Source: Ginglymostoma cirratum
Lineage: Eukaryota
Reading direction: 5' to 3'
Length of the DNA stretch: 64,000 nt
NCBI GenBank assembly: GCA_024137785.1
Contig: JAHRHZ010000223.1
Span: 15,672,967 to 15,736,966, forward strand
Of this stretch, positions 1 to 11,430 are shown one piece after another. Every line of letters starts with the position of its first letter. The stretch's first letter is position 1. A program made the translations under genes and the position numbers. The notes below the pieces were generated by a model. The model made no database searches. It was given only the letters and a program-made list of their open reading frames with translations, and was not told the DNA's origin.

Positions 1-547
1 TGGTTTTGGGATGCGGTTGGGGGAGGGGAGATTTTGAAGCTTGTGAAATCCACATTGATGCCATTGGGCTGCAAGGTTCCCAGGCTGAATATGATTTGCT
101 GTTCCTGCAGCCTTCGGGTGGCATCACTGTGGCATTGTAGGAGGCCAAGGATGGACATGTCATCTGAGGAATGGGAGGGGGAGTTGAAATGGTTCGCGAC
201 TGGGAGGTGCAGTTGTTTGTTGCGAACTGAGCGCAGTTGTTCTGCAAAGCGGTCCCCAAGCCTGCGCTTAGTTTCCCCGACGTAGAGGAAGCCACAGCGG
301 GTACAGCGGATGCAGTATACCACATTGGCAGATGTGCAGGTGAACCTCTGCCTGACGTGGAAAGTCTTCTTGGGGCCTGGGATTGGGGTGAGGGAGGAGG
401 TGTGGGGGCAGGTGTAGCACTTCCTGCGGTTACAAGGAAAAGTGCCGGGTGTGGTGGGGCTGGAGGGGAGTGTGGAGCGGACAAGGGAGTCGCGGAGGGA
501 GTGGTCCCTCCGAAAGGCAGATAAGGGTGGGGAGGGAAAAATGTCTT
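1..547 (-). mobile_element. Penelope-like retroelement, 3' part of ORF (Zn-knuckle + GIY-YIG endonuclease), 5'-truncated, runs off the window edge
   Basis: Minus-strand frame is open for ~180 codons by manual translation: DIFPSPPLSAFRRDHSLRDSLVRSTLP...PGTFPCNRRKCYTCPH...FTCTSANVVYCIRCTRCGFLYVGETKRRLGDRFAEQLRSV...PVANHFNSPSH...RRLQEQQIIFSLGTLQPNGINVDF. VVY..YVG is a GIY-YIG motif. Absent from the ORF track because no stop falls inside the window. Confidence 0.9.
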
Positions 548-1014
548 ACTGGTTTCTAGTTACCTCTGTATCAAAGGATAGGACAAAGAAAGTTGAGTAT
601 TGGCTGACATTTCTGTTATACTTCAACACTAAGGGATCTGTTTACCTGCTTGTAATAATCTTTAGTTCACTTTCAACACATTTCGCCCGAGTTTAGAGCA
701 GTGAGAATAGATCTGATACCACTATAATAACATGTAACAACATTTTGGGCAATGGTAATTTTGAGGTTTCCACAACTTTGATTTTAAAATAGATGTTAAT
801 TTAGTAGTCAAATCTTAATAGTGTGCTACCTGGGCAGAGGACTGCAAATGTAAAATAACAAAGTAATTGTAAGGTAAATTGCACAAGAAAAATACTTCAA
901 AGAAAATTGTTAATTCAATAACTATTATCGTCAGTGGGTGCAAAAACCACAAGAAACAAAGTTTTACACATGTAAATGTGCACTTTATTATTGTCACAAA
1001 TGATATTGATGACT

Positions 1015-2050
1015 TACAAACACATGATGTTGTGTACGTGGGGTAAAAGGGCATTTACAGTATGGATACAAAATTGCCTAAGTGATAGGAAGCAAAAAGT
1101 TATGATAATTATGTACTTTTTTCAGTTAGAGGGAGATATATGCAGTGAAGTTCACCAGGATTCACAATAGGGCCAGGGCTGTTTTTGATGTACATTAAAA
1201 TTTGAATTTGAGAATATACGGCACAATTCCAAAATTTGCAGATGCCATGAAATTTGGAACTGTATCAAAGACAGAGGAAGCTGGTAAAAAGGTTCAAAAG
1301 GACATCGCAGGCCAGAGGAATGGTTGGACATATGGCAGATGAAATTTAATATGCAGAAGTGGGTTTGATACATTTTTGGAGGAAGAATGAGAAGAGACCA
1401 CACAAGCTGGACAGTACAATTTTAAAGTGGATGCATGGATAGCGAGAGCAGCAAATGTTTGTGCATAAATCTGTGACATGCTAAGTTAGCATTTAAACAT
1501 AAGGGATACCAGGCTTTTCAAATACGAGGCTAGACATCCATATAATACTCGATGCAGCTGGAGTATTGTGTCCAATCTGGGCAACACACTTCAGGAAAGA
1601 CGTGAATGTTTTGCAGAGATTTGCTCGAATAGTTCCAGAGATTGGGGATTGCAGTTATGTAGCCTAACAAGACAAATTGAAGTTGCTTTCCTTTTAGCAG
1701 AGAAAGAGAAAGTTTACAGAATAATTTACACGGACCATATAAAGAGAAAATGCATCCAGTGGCTGAAGGATCAGTAATGTATAAGCAATGAAAGATTTAA
1801 GCTGATTAGCAAAAGAAAAATTGAACTAATCTCTTCTTCTCAAAAAGTGTTTGGGATTTTACTTCTGCCTGATACCGTGTGGATATAGATTCAAAAGTGG
1901 CTTTCCAAAGGTACTTGGATAAATATTTGAAGGAGAAAAATTTGCAGAGAAATGAAGAATAAGTTAGGAAGTGGAATTAACAGGTTAGCCTTTCAAATGA
2001 GCCAGTACAGATTCACGGGGCTGAATGGCCACCTTCTTCGCTGTGCAGAT
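1015..2050 (+). mobile_element. Decayed CR1-type LINE, RT and 3' end
   Basis: Remnant RT peptides WIQNCLSDRKQKV, SEVHQDS(=SGVPQGS), PKFADA(=KFADD), LQRNM/RGMVGHM-like region, multiple stops/frameshifts, and CR1-type tail ggctgaatggcc at about 2019. Confidence 0.75.
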
Positions 2051-2322
2051 TTCATGTCCTGAAGTTTAAGACAAGTAATAGATAGATTTGCATAGGATCT
2101 GATTGGTTCAGAGGTGTAGCTAAAGTCCAAAGAAGCTGTTTCTTAACCCAAAAACCCACCGTGGCCCATCCATTTCCAGTTTTACCTGTATCCAGAAGTT
2201 GGCCAGGTAACCAAACAAGTAGGTTGCAATTTTAAAATGCTGTGATCCTCACTGTTATTCTATGTTTTGAAATGGAACTGCTGTTGACGAGGTTAACTGA
2301 GAATTAGGTAACTCAACTTAAG

Positions 2323-2544
2323 ATAACAAGGTGTAGAGCTGGATGAACATAGCAGGCCAAGCAGCTTCAGAGGAGCAGGAAGGCTGACATTTTGGGCCTA
2401 GATCCTACTTCAGAAATGAGTTTCTGAAGAAGGGGCTAGGCCCAAAACGTCAGCCTTCCGGCTGTTCTGATGCTGCTTGGCCTGCTGTGTTCATCCAGCT
2501 CTACACCTTGTTATCTCAGATTCTCCAGCATCTGCAGTTCCTAC
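2323..2544. mobile_element. Palindromic Penelope-like mini-insertion (inverted pair of hammerhead-bearing pLTR tails) with 14 bp TSD
   Basis: 2321..2417 is the reverse complement of 2421..2516; the right arm extends ~30 nt further. Hammerhead-like CTGAAGA-AGGG..GCCC-aAAA-CGTC at about 2424..2451. TSD taactcaacttaag (2309..2322) / taacccaacttaag (2545..2558). Confidence 0.85.
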
Positions 2545-5054
2545 TAACCCAACTTAAGCCCCTTTAGGTGAAAGCTTTGTGGATTAAGGATGAAAATGCC
2601 TTTACATCAGACTCCTGAATACAAATGCCTGCCTGAGGACCCTCCATCTTTGAGCCCCTTCCCTGAAACAACCTTTTCCTTTAGACTTATGATCTACACC
2701 CAAACGCCATTAATTCCTATTCCACAGCAGTCACCACCTCCAAAGTGGTTCTCAATTTCATATTCAAACTCTATACTCCCTGACCCAACTAAGGGCTATG
2801 TTTCTCCCTGCTGAGGCCTTATACTCTTAGGTTCTAAGTTACTCACAATCAAAACCTCCACGAGGATTGGCAAATTTCATGAGCAAACACTCTACTAAAT
2901 AATGAACCAGACTCAAATTACCCAACCCTACCAATCAGCTCACATACTCCCTAAATGTTCAGCTTCAAAATTAGATCCGCCCCTCTTATCCTGGGTCAGG
3001 CTAATTAACCTGTTGCTTTGTCGTCAGTAACCGATTATATTGCCTGACTGGAGGACCAAAAATTATTCAGGCCTGGTCCGCAGATGGGAAACTCATCACA
3101 CACTTTTGAGATGAGCATGCAGAATCTTGCGCACTTCCCTATAACATATTTGGTGGTAATGGAGGCATTTAATCAAGTGGATAGGTAGAAGATGGAGACT
3201 TTGTCATCCTACTGGATCATCCCACCTTGATGGACAGTGGTTTATATTGTGTAAAAGAGAACACGTGAGGGGAATTTGATTTGTAACAGCCATTATTTAA
3301 ATAAAAACAATCATATTAGAAAATCTGTTGTGCAATATATGGTAATAACATATCATTGCCATTTCAGGAATTTAAGACAAAAATAGATGACAACATTTTT
3401 GTAAACAACCATCAAATAATTTTGCTGATTCCTTTATGAGGTGAAAATAGATGATAATAAGGCGAATCTGCTTATTCCAATATCATTTCAATTTTGCTGC
3501 ACATTAATGTTTACATTAAAACACAGTGGAAAAATAATCAAAAAAGTCAAGATTTCTCCAGCTAAGTATATATCAGTGCAAGCACATTACTTTTGTTTTC
3601 TTCCTTAATCTCAGTTAGCTGCCCCTTCCCCTTGTTGTGGACAAAAGGAAAATGGGTTAATTTAAATTATGAGGGTTTTGTTTCTCTTCAGCCAGAGTCA
3701 CCATAGTATTATTTGCTTTACTACCTTCCCTTTTTACTCTCATCCCTTACTGAGGTACTCTGAAGGGTTCCTCAAACCCTGGTTTTTGGAATTCAACTTT
3801 TGAAATAAACTCTCAGCCAAATCCTGTAAAATGAAAACCAAGGTAGCGTTTATTTATTAACAAAACATTCAAAACTCAAAGAACTGCTTTGCTGCTTCAC
3901 TCACATGCAGTCATACAAGGAAGAAAGACAAAATAAGGGAAGTTCCAAAAAGCTTCTTAAAAATACAAAGATGTTGAAATCAGTTTATGCAACAGTGTCC
4001 AGTGGGTCAATACACAATTTGGAGTCTGCAAGTGGCTGATCTTGTCACGGTTCTTTTCCTGGGACCTGTGGTTCTGACGGGTGGTAGTCAAAGATACCAA
4101 ATTCAATTTGGCAGATAAAGTTTGAGATTCTTTCTGGTGATGAGACTTTTCAGGGAGAGAGAGAGAAATGGAAAGTAGGTCCAGCTGCTCTGGTCTGGAG
4201 CTGCTCCTCTTGTGACATTAAAACAGCATCTGCAGTCAAAAGTCAAAACTGTACATTTAAACCATTGAGTATGCAATGCATACCAGTCATGTCCCAGGGT
4301 GGTTTTTGCTGAACCAGTCAGTGAAGGAAGGCAGTTTGATCGTCCTCATCAAAATGGTCATTGTGAGATGAAGAGATGAGGGTTCATCTCATTGGCCAAT
4401 TGTCAAGTCATTAACATCTTGGTATCAAACTGTGGTGATTTGCAATTAATAGTTAAATACTATGGATGCTGGAGATCAGACCTGGAAACAGAAAAATGCT
4501 GCAGAAACTCAGTAAGTTTGGTAGTATCTGTGGAGGGAGAAGCAGAGTTTCCAATCTGAAGAGTTTTTATTGGATTGATAATTTCTTTGTGTCATGGTCG
4601 TCGTGGGAATCGAGAGGTTTCAAGGCAGCTTGTTATCACAACATGTGCCAGGCTAAATCTCCAGGATCTAAAGGACTAGCTGGTTTTGACTCACAGGAAA
4701 CTCTGGAGGCTTCCAGCTAATTCCAGACATGTGACTGTAGTAGCTATCTTAAGGGCCCTGTGGTGTTGACCATTTGTTTCTTTAAAAAGATTGAAACAGG
4801 AGAATCATGAGAGGATATAGTTTTAACACAAAAGCAAAATATGAATTCTCTTCATGTGCCCTTGTCATTTACATCCACGTAATGAAGAAAGTTTACATGA
4901 GTATTGGTTTAGTCTCTATTACTTGACTAAGTGGCCACTATTTATGTGAGCCCAGACTTTGCATGCCTGCAGGTTACTCGATCCTCTAGGAGTCACAGCT
5001 GAGTTAGTCTAAGCCTTAAACAACTCTCCATGCAGCAGATCACTGGATAAATAT

Positions 5055-6480
5055 TAGAGGTGGAATTTAATCATTGTGACAGGGGTCCCACTGGCAGATC
5101 CATGAGACAGAGATGGGCAGCTGCACACAGTCATGCGACAACCTGTCAAATAATGAGCACAAAGTGTGGGGCCTGCCACAGGGCAGGAGTCAGGGTGGAA
5201 ATACCAAGGGCAGCTAATGGATGTGCAGGTGCTGGCACCATTTCTAAAGAGCAGCTAGCCCAACTTCTAAAGCTTAAATGCCCCTTTAAAATCTTCACAG
5301 GAAGTGAATTTGAGATTGAAAGAAGAATCTCACGGCAGCACAATTTTTGATGCTAAACGGTTGCTTTTATCATGTGGGAGGCAAGAGAACTAGTTGAAGA
5401 ATAAAAGGCCACCAATTGAAGATGGAGATGAGGACAGCGTGGAGTGTTTTAGGAACTCTCTACCCCAGGGAGCAATGGGAGTAGGACAGTAAATAATTTT
5501 AAGGTAAAGTTAGATAAATACTCGATTAGTAAGGGAGTCAAGATTATCAGGAGGCCACAGTCATTTCAGCCACGTTTCTTATATGGTAGAGCAAGCTCAA
5601 GGGGCTAATTGGACTATGCTTACTCCCAATTCATATGTTCTTACGCACACTTGATCTTTGAAGGCATCTCGGAATATGGATCTGAAAACTCAAGAGAAAA
5701 CTCAAAAACACAATGAGCACTGTGAAAAACAGGACCAAGTACACTTAAGAGTACACAGAGCATAGCTCCACAGTTTGGCAATGCCTCCCTGCTTGTCTTC
5801 CTTTGGCAAGTCTGAGGGTGATGGGGAGTCTTGATCCCAGCTGACCGAAGGAACAAACCCACCTGCCTAACCCAGGGAAGTTGGTCAGAGATTTCAGTGA
5901 AGACAGATAGCTGTGGGGTGCATCAAAGAGACTGGGTCTAGATCAGGAAGAGGTTGATTGAACACATGAGTGAGTTTGAATAAGTGATGTGCATATTGTT
6001 GTTACACAAGGCAGAAGTGATGGGTCTCTATTTGGAGGGAATCATAAGGGCAGACATGCATTAACCTGTTCTTTGCAACAGATGTCTTCGCAGGAATAGT
6101 CGCAGGCGGATGACAAATCTCTTTTTCTCAGTGACAGAGTCCTCCAAGTCCTATGGCAGTGGATGTGTGAGAGAAATAAACTCAAGAGTCTATCATGGAA
6201 TGAAACAGGGCAGCTAACAAAGGATAGATTGTATCATGCTCTGGAGACATATGCCCATCTTTTACCTGCAAGAAACGAGGGCCCACAGCAAGTATGAAAG
6301 GGCAAAGATAGGAGGAGGAACACTAGCCAGCTGAGTTCTGACTCCTTTCCAATACTCTAACCTGTATTAACTCAGGGATTGATATGGTTTACGAATTGAC
6401 TAATTTAAAATAGCTTTGTTAAAAGGTTGGTGGGACGAGTTTACATAAGCAAGCCTCACAAGCCGGGCAACAATTTGCAG
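5055..6480 (+). mobile_element. Decayed PIF/Harbinger DNA transposon carrying a Myb/SANT-like ORF remnant; interrupted by a CR1 tail at about 5375..5640
   Basis: From 5765: APQFGNASLLVFLWQV*G*WGVLIPADRRNKPTCLTQGSWSEISVKTDSCGVHQRDWV*IRKRLIEH, matching the Harbinger trihelix pattern (PxFS...L.VL...VLF...W.EV...R.W.QCRKR..DL), followed by RAHSKYERAKIGGG at about 6277. Outer boundaries are uncertain. Confidence 0.65.
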
Positions 6481-6500
6481 AGCAGCACAAACAGTGCACT

Positions 6501-6720
6501 AACAGAAGTTGCTGGAAAAGCTCAGCAGATCTGGCAGCATCTATGAAGAAAAAAATCAGAGTTAACGTGTTGAGTTTGGTGCCTCTTCCTCAGGTCACTG
6601 GACCCGAAACGTTAACTCTGATTTTTTTCTTCACAGATGCTGCCAGATCTACTGAGCTTTTCCAGCAACTTCTGTTTGTGTTCCTGATTTATACCATCCA
6701 CATTTCTTTCAGTTTTTATT
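6501..6720. mobile_element. Palindromic Penelope-like mini-insertion with 13 bp degenerate TSD
   Basis: 6501..~6590 is the reverse complement of ~6593..6676; the right arm extends ~45 nt. Contains GGTCactgGACCCGAAACGTTAAC. Flanks acaaacagtgcac (6487..6499) / atgaacagtacac (6721..6733). Confidence 0.8.
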
Positions 6721-7224
6721 ATGAACAGTACACCTTTGAGTTCTCCAACCTTTTCACTTCTCATGCCATAGCTGGACGGCAGAGCACACTTTCAGTCTGG
6801 TCTTCACTTACCGTACTGTCTGCTGGGTCCAAGTTCTTCCCTTCTCCACTATTCAGACCTAGGTGGGACAGCTCCTGTTATGTCAGTTCTCTCCTCATTG
6901 TTTCTGCACTTGGAGTCAATCCTAAATTTCTCAACCTACATTACAAATGAATCACACTGTCAATGGTTGTGCCTATGAACAATGTTGATGCATCACAAAC
7001 AGCAACCTCTGTTAAACAGTATTACAAACCATAACTCCATGAAAGCATATTCCTTAACAACACATCTTCAGTAGGTTTTTGTTTTTCCCAAGTCCTCTGC
7101 TCTTCTAAACTCACACCATTTGGCTAATTTTAATAACTCCTATTCACCGTTGCCTGGGCAGCTGTGTTTCTAAAACTGTGTAAGCAACAAAATAGTCATT
7201 AACAAGAACAATCAACAATAGCAG

Positions 7225-7850
7225 TAACAACCTTTAACATAACGGAAAATCCCAAGATACTTCACAGGTGCATTATAAAACAAAGTATACTACAGTGTAA
7301 TCATAAGAGGGCACAGTTTTAGGGTAAGAGGTATGAGATTCATAGGGAATTTGGGGAAAAAAAAATTTCACTCAGCGAGTGGTGGGAATCTGGAATGCAA
7401 TGCCTGGGAAAGTAGTGGAGGCTGGACACCTTACAACCTTTAAAAATTATTTGGATGAATAATTCATATACTGTAACATTCAAGGATATGGGACAAGTGC
7501 AGGAAATTGGGATTAGCGCACTTTTGATGTCAATTATGTCAGTGCACACCAGATCGGCCAAAGGGCCTTTTCGCTGCCGTATGAATCTATGAACCAAGCC
7601 ACAAAGGAAATCTTAGGTCAGATGACCAAAGCTTGGTCAAAGCTATAGGTTTTAAGAAGTGTCTTCAAGGAATAAAGTGAGGCAGAGAGGTGGAGAGATG
7701 TAGGGCAGGAATTATATTGCTTGCAGCTTGGACAATGGAAAGCATGGACATGAATGATGAAAAAATTATGAATGGCAATGCTCAAGAGGCAAAAATTAGC
7801 TGAAAGCGGATGTCTCAGGGCATTTTGTGGCTGGAGGATGTTGCAGAAAG
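7225..7850 (-). mobile_element. L2-type LINE 3' fragment with a nested + strand CR1 3' end (about 7300..7592)
   Basis: L2-like sequence (tcccaagatacttcacagg ... gatgaccaaagcttggtcaaag ... gtgtcttcaagg) is split by a CR1 tail (FTQRVVGIWNAMPGKVVEA-like peptide; ggccaaagggcctttt..gaatctatga). Confidence 0.6.
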
Positions 7851-8069
7851 TAATGGTTCTGAAGGGGCTAATGTTAAATTAACTCCATCATTCTACTGAT
7901 GACAAACCAAGGCTGTGGGTAAAGACATGGAGTTCTCCACCAGCTTTCAGAGGAACTGGACATATTCATGTGTATTCATAAACCAAGGTCCTAGTAATTG
8001 TGCCTGACCAAATATTGTTGAATTTATTTGTATGGACAATAAACCATCTTGTGTATTAAATATACTCCT

Positions 8070-9215
8070 GTTTTCATTCATGGGATGTGCATACTGGTGG
8101 CTAGGACAGAATTTATTACCTATCCGTCATTGTCCTGGAGAAGATGGTGGTGAGATATTGTCTTGAACAACTGCAGACCTTGGGGTATCAGTACATCCAC
8201 ATTGCTGTTAGGATGTTCAAGGATTTTGACCTAGCAACAGTAGGGAAACACTTTTCCAGTTCCAAGTCAGGATGAATAGTAGCTTGGAGGGGAACTTGGT
8301 GGTCTTTCAGTGCATTTGCTGCCTTTGTCCTTCTAGGTGGCAGAGATCACAGGATTGGAAAGGGCTGTCTATGGACATTTGGTGAGTTACTGCATTGCAA
8401 CTAGTAAATGGCACCTACCGTACATCGGTGGTGAAGGGAATGAATATGCAAGGTGGCAAATGGCATGCCAATCAAGAGGAATGCTTTGTCCAGAATGGTG
8501 TCAAACTTCCTGAGGGTTGGTGGAATTGCACCTATCTGGGCAAGTAGAGGGAATTCCATCAAATGCCTGACTTGAGGCTTGTAGGAAGTGGACAGGCATT
8601 GGGAGTTCAGGAGTTGATTCACTCACTGCAGAATTCATAGCCTCTGAACTGTATTGTAGCCGTTGTATTTATTTGACTAGTCCAGTTTAGTTTATGGTCA
8701 ACGATAACCCCCAAGATATTGACAGTGGGGAATTCAGCAATGGTAATGATATTGAGTAACAAGGAGAAATGATTAGATTGTCTCTTGTTAGAGGTGGTCA
8801 TTGCCTGACATTTGTGGGGTGTAAATGTTACTTGCCACTTATCAATCTAAGCCTAGCTCTTATCCATGTCTAGCTTGACATATAATGCTTCAGTATCTCA
8901 GGTGTTATGAATGGTGCTGAACATTATATAATCATTAGTGAACACCCCATTTATGAAATTATGATAGAGGGGTGCACTGTCAAGTTATGAAGTAGCTAAA
9001 GATTGTTGGGCCAAGGGACCTACCCTGAGGGATTCCTGAAGTGATGGCTGAGATGTTTGACTTCCAACAACCACCCTCCTTTCTGCAAAATTTGACTCTA
9101 ACCAGCAGAGAGTGTTCTCCTGATTCCCACAGACTCATTTTGCTAGTGCTTGTTGATGCTATGTTCTGTAAAATTCTACTTTGATGTCATGGGCAGTCAC
9201 TCTCACCTCACTTGT
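8070..9215 (-). mobile_element. Decayed CR1/L2-clade LINE 3' region
   Basis: Minus-strand peptides VNILGVIVDHKLNWTSQINT and YKPQVRHLMEFPLLAQIGA; the same tail family (catcctgacttggaac...caagaaggcagctcaccaccacc) recurs at 14.2, 57.8, 58.1-58.6 and 61.7 kb. Confidence 0.75.
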
Positions 9216-11059
9216 ATGGCAATTTATCTTCTACCACTCACTAGTTAGGTGCTATACAAAACTGCTGGGCTAGCCTGGAGTCTCCAGGAAATGGAGATCA
9301 ATCTCTAGGACATGACAGTGTGCAACCCTGGAGACACTTCACAGGAATATTATAAAGATTGTTTTTATTTTAACTTTTTCTTTGAATATTTCTCTTTACT
9401 ACATGTAAAATTATTGAAAATGGGGCTAAAAAAAACTGATTGACATTCAGACACCACCCATTGAGGTATAAGGATGGATGTGATGGCTGATTAATCGCTG
9501 GGGCATGGGGAACAAACATGTGATGAAATGTCCAGCAACATATTTAATTATAAATGGCAACCTTAAAATTAATACTGTTTCTCTCTCTTCAGATGCTGCC
9601 TGACCTTTTGAGTATTTCCAGCAATTAGGGCTTTTATTCATGTTTCCATCATCTGCAATAATCTCTTCTCCAATATTTCTTTGCCTCCTCACCCACAATT
9701 TTCTATATTTATCTTTACTTATTCTTCCTCCATATCCAAAATCCCCAACTTCCCACACCTGCTTGAAGGGCAAAGAAGTCTCTGATTGCCTCCTGTACTA
9801 ACCAGCCATTGTATGTCTGATACCTACTCAACCTCTTCTTTAGCGATATTCAAAGACTGAGCTTCTTCCCAGGACAGAGAATTCCAAAGATTCACCATCC
9901 TCCGAGTAACTCTGAACTGCTTTCTGAAATAGCCTTGCAAGTCAGTCAGTTCAAGGGCAAATAGAAATAGGTCTTGGTCTTGCCAGTGACACACATATGG
10001 CCTTGAGAGGATGAAGGACTTCCTCCAGCTTCTATTTACTATATTCCTTGGTCTATATGTCAATATTGTCACTTAATTAAAAAAAATACAACTCATCATG
10101 ATCAACGTATTCTGAATCCATTACGTGTTTGTTTCTGCATGTTACTTATGCAGGTTACTTTTTTCTACGTTGACATAAACATTTGGTTTAATTTGAAACA
10201 CCTTTCTCCTCGTTGGAAAGGAATAGTTCAAACATCATTGTGCTATAAGAATTATTTTTTGCCATCTTGCACACAACTCAATTTGCCCCATACTCAAAAG
10301 AAATGACCCTTTCCACCATTTCAATACCCAGCTTCAGAAATAGCTAATATTTAAGAATAGAAAAGGGTCCCCGTTAAATTATCAAATTCTGATAAAAACA
10401 ATAAATCTTTCTTTTAGAGTGAAACAAAGGGGACAAATTAATTCTGCAGTCAGGCTATAAATTATCTCCAAAGTGCTCATAAGCTAAGCAGTGTGAGACA
10501 TCATTGGGAGAACCATCTTAAATCATATGGGTTTGTTATTATGTAGGGCATGTGTCCAGTGCAGTCAAGTAGGTTTAAAAAGTGCTTAGGTAGCCAGTTG
10601 GATTTTTACAACATTTATAAACATAAGCAGAATCCGTTTTAATGCTGTGATGAAGTAATGGATCTATATGTGCATGTAAGGAGAACAAATTGAGATGTAT
10701 TATCAAGCAAAACAAAACCAAGATATCTACTGCCTATGCACCATGACCTGTATGTAAATCAGCCTGGAAACTCAGTGCAACAACAGTGCAAAATAAAAAC
10801 AAATTACACCCATCAAATCAACAGAATAGTACATTTTAATTTGCATGATTTTGTTTCACTGTTTAGATGAAACAATGTTACCCAGTTAACTGCTGAATTA
10901 TATTTTCAATCTCTGTTGTGAGATTAATATCTGTGAAATCCAACAACATTTAAAAGCTAACTTAATTAAGTAAATATTACTTGCACTGAGGCACTGGTGG
11001 TTTTCAGGGAAATAATGGTAAAAGAGTTACTGCGCAGAATTAAATCAGGATGTGTCATA

Positions 11060-11430
11060 TATGAGTCACAGAATTGGTACAGCGCAGGAGGAGGTAATTC
11101 AATCCATTGTGTCTGCACCAGTTCTCCAAATAAGCGTTTTATTTACTGCCATTCTGCTGCCTTCTCCCTGTAACCCTGCACATTGTTTTCAAATAGCCAT
11201 CTACCTTGCTTTCAAACGCCTCAATTGAATCTGCCTTCACCACATTCTCACATCGTGCAGTCCAGATCCCAACCACAGGTTGTATGAAAAAAGACTTTTC
11301 CTCATATCATATTTGGTTTTTTTCTGGCCAACACCACTTTAAATCTGTGCCTTCATATTCTTGATCCTTTAATGAGTGAGAACATTTTTTCCTTATTTAC
11401 TCCATCAAGACTTCTCATGAGAGGTCTCAA
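11060..11430 (-). mobile_element. CR1 LINE 3' tail fragment
   Basis: Reverse-oriented tail (gtacagcgcaggaggagg..aatccattgtgtctgcacc..gcagtccagatcccaaccac..ttaaatctgtgcc) resembling the other CR1 ends. Confidence 0.55.

Noticed and set aside
3630-4875. Possible solo LTR
   Set aside because: General LTR-like texture only; I could not establish TG..CA ends with a TSD.
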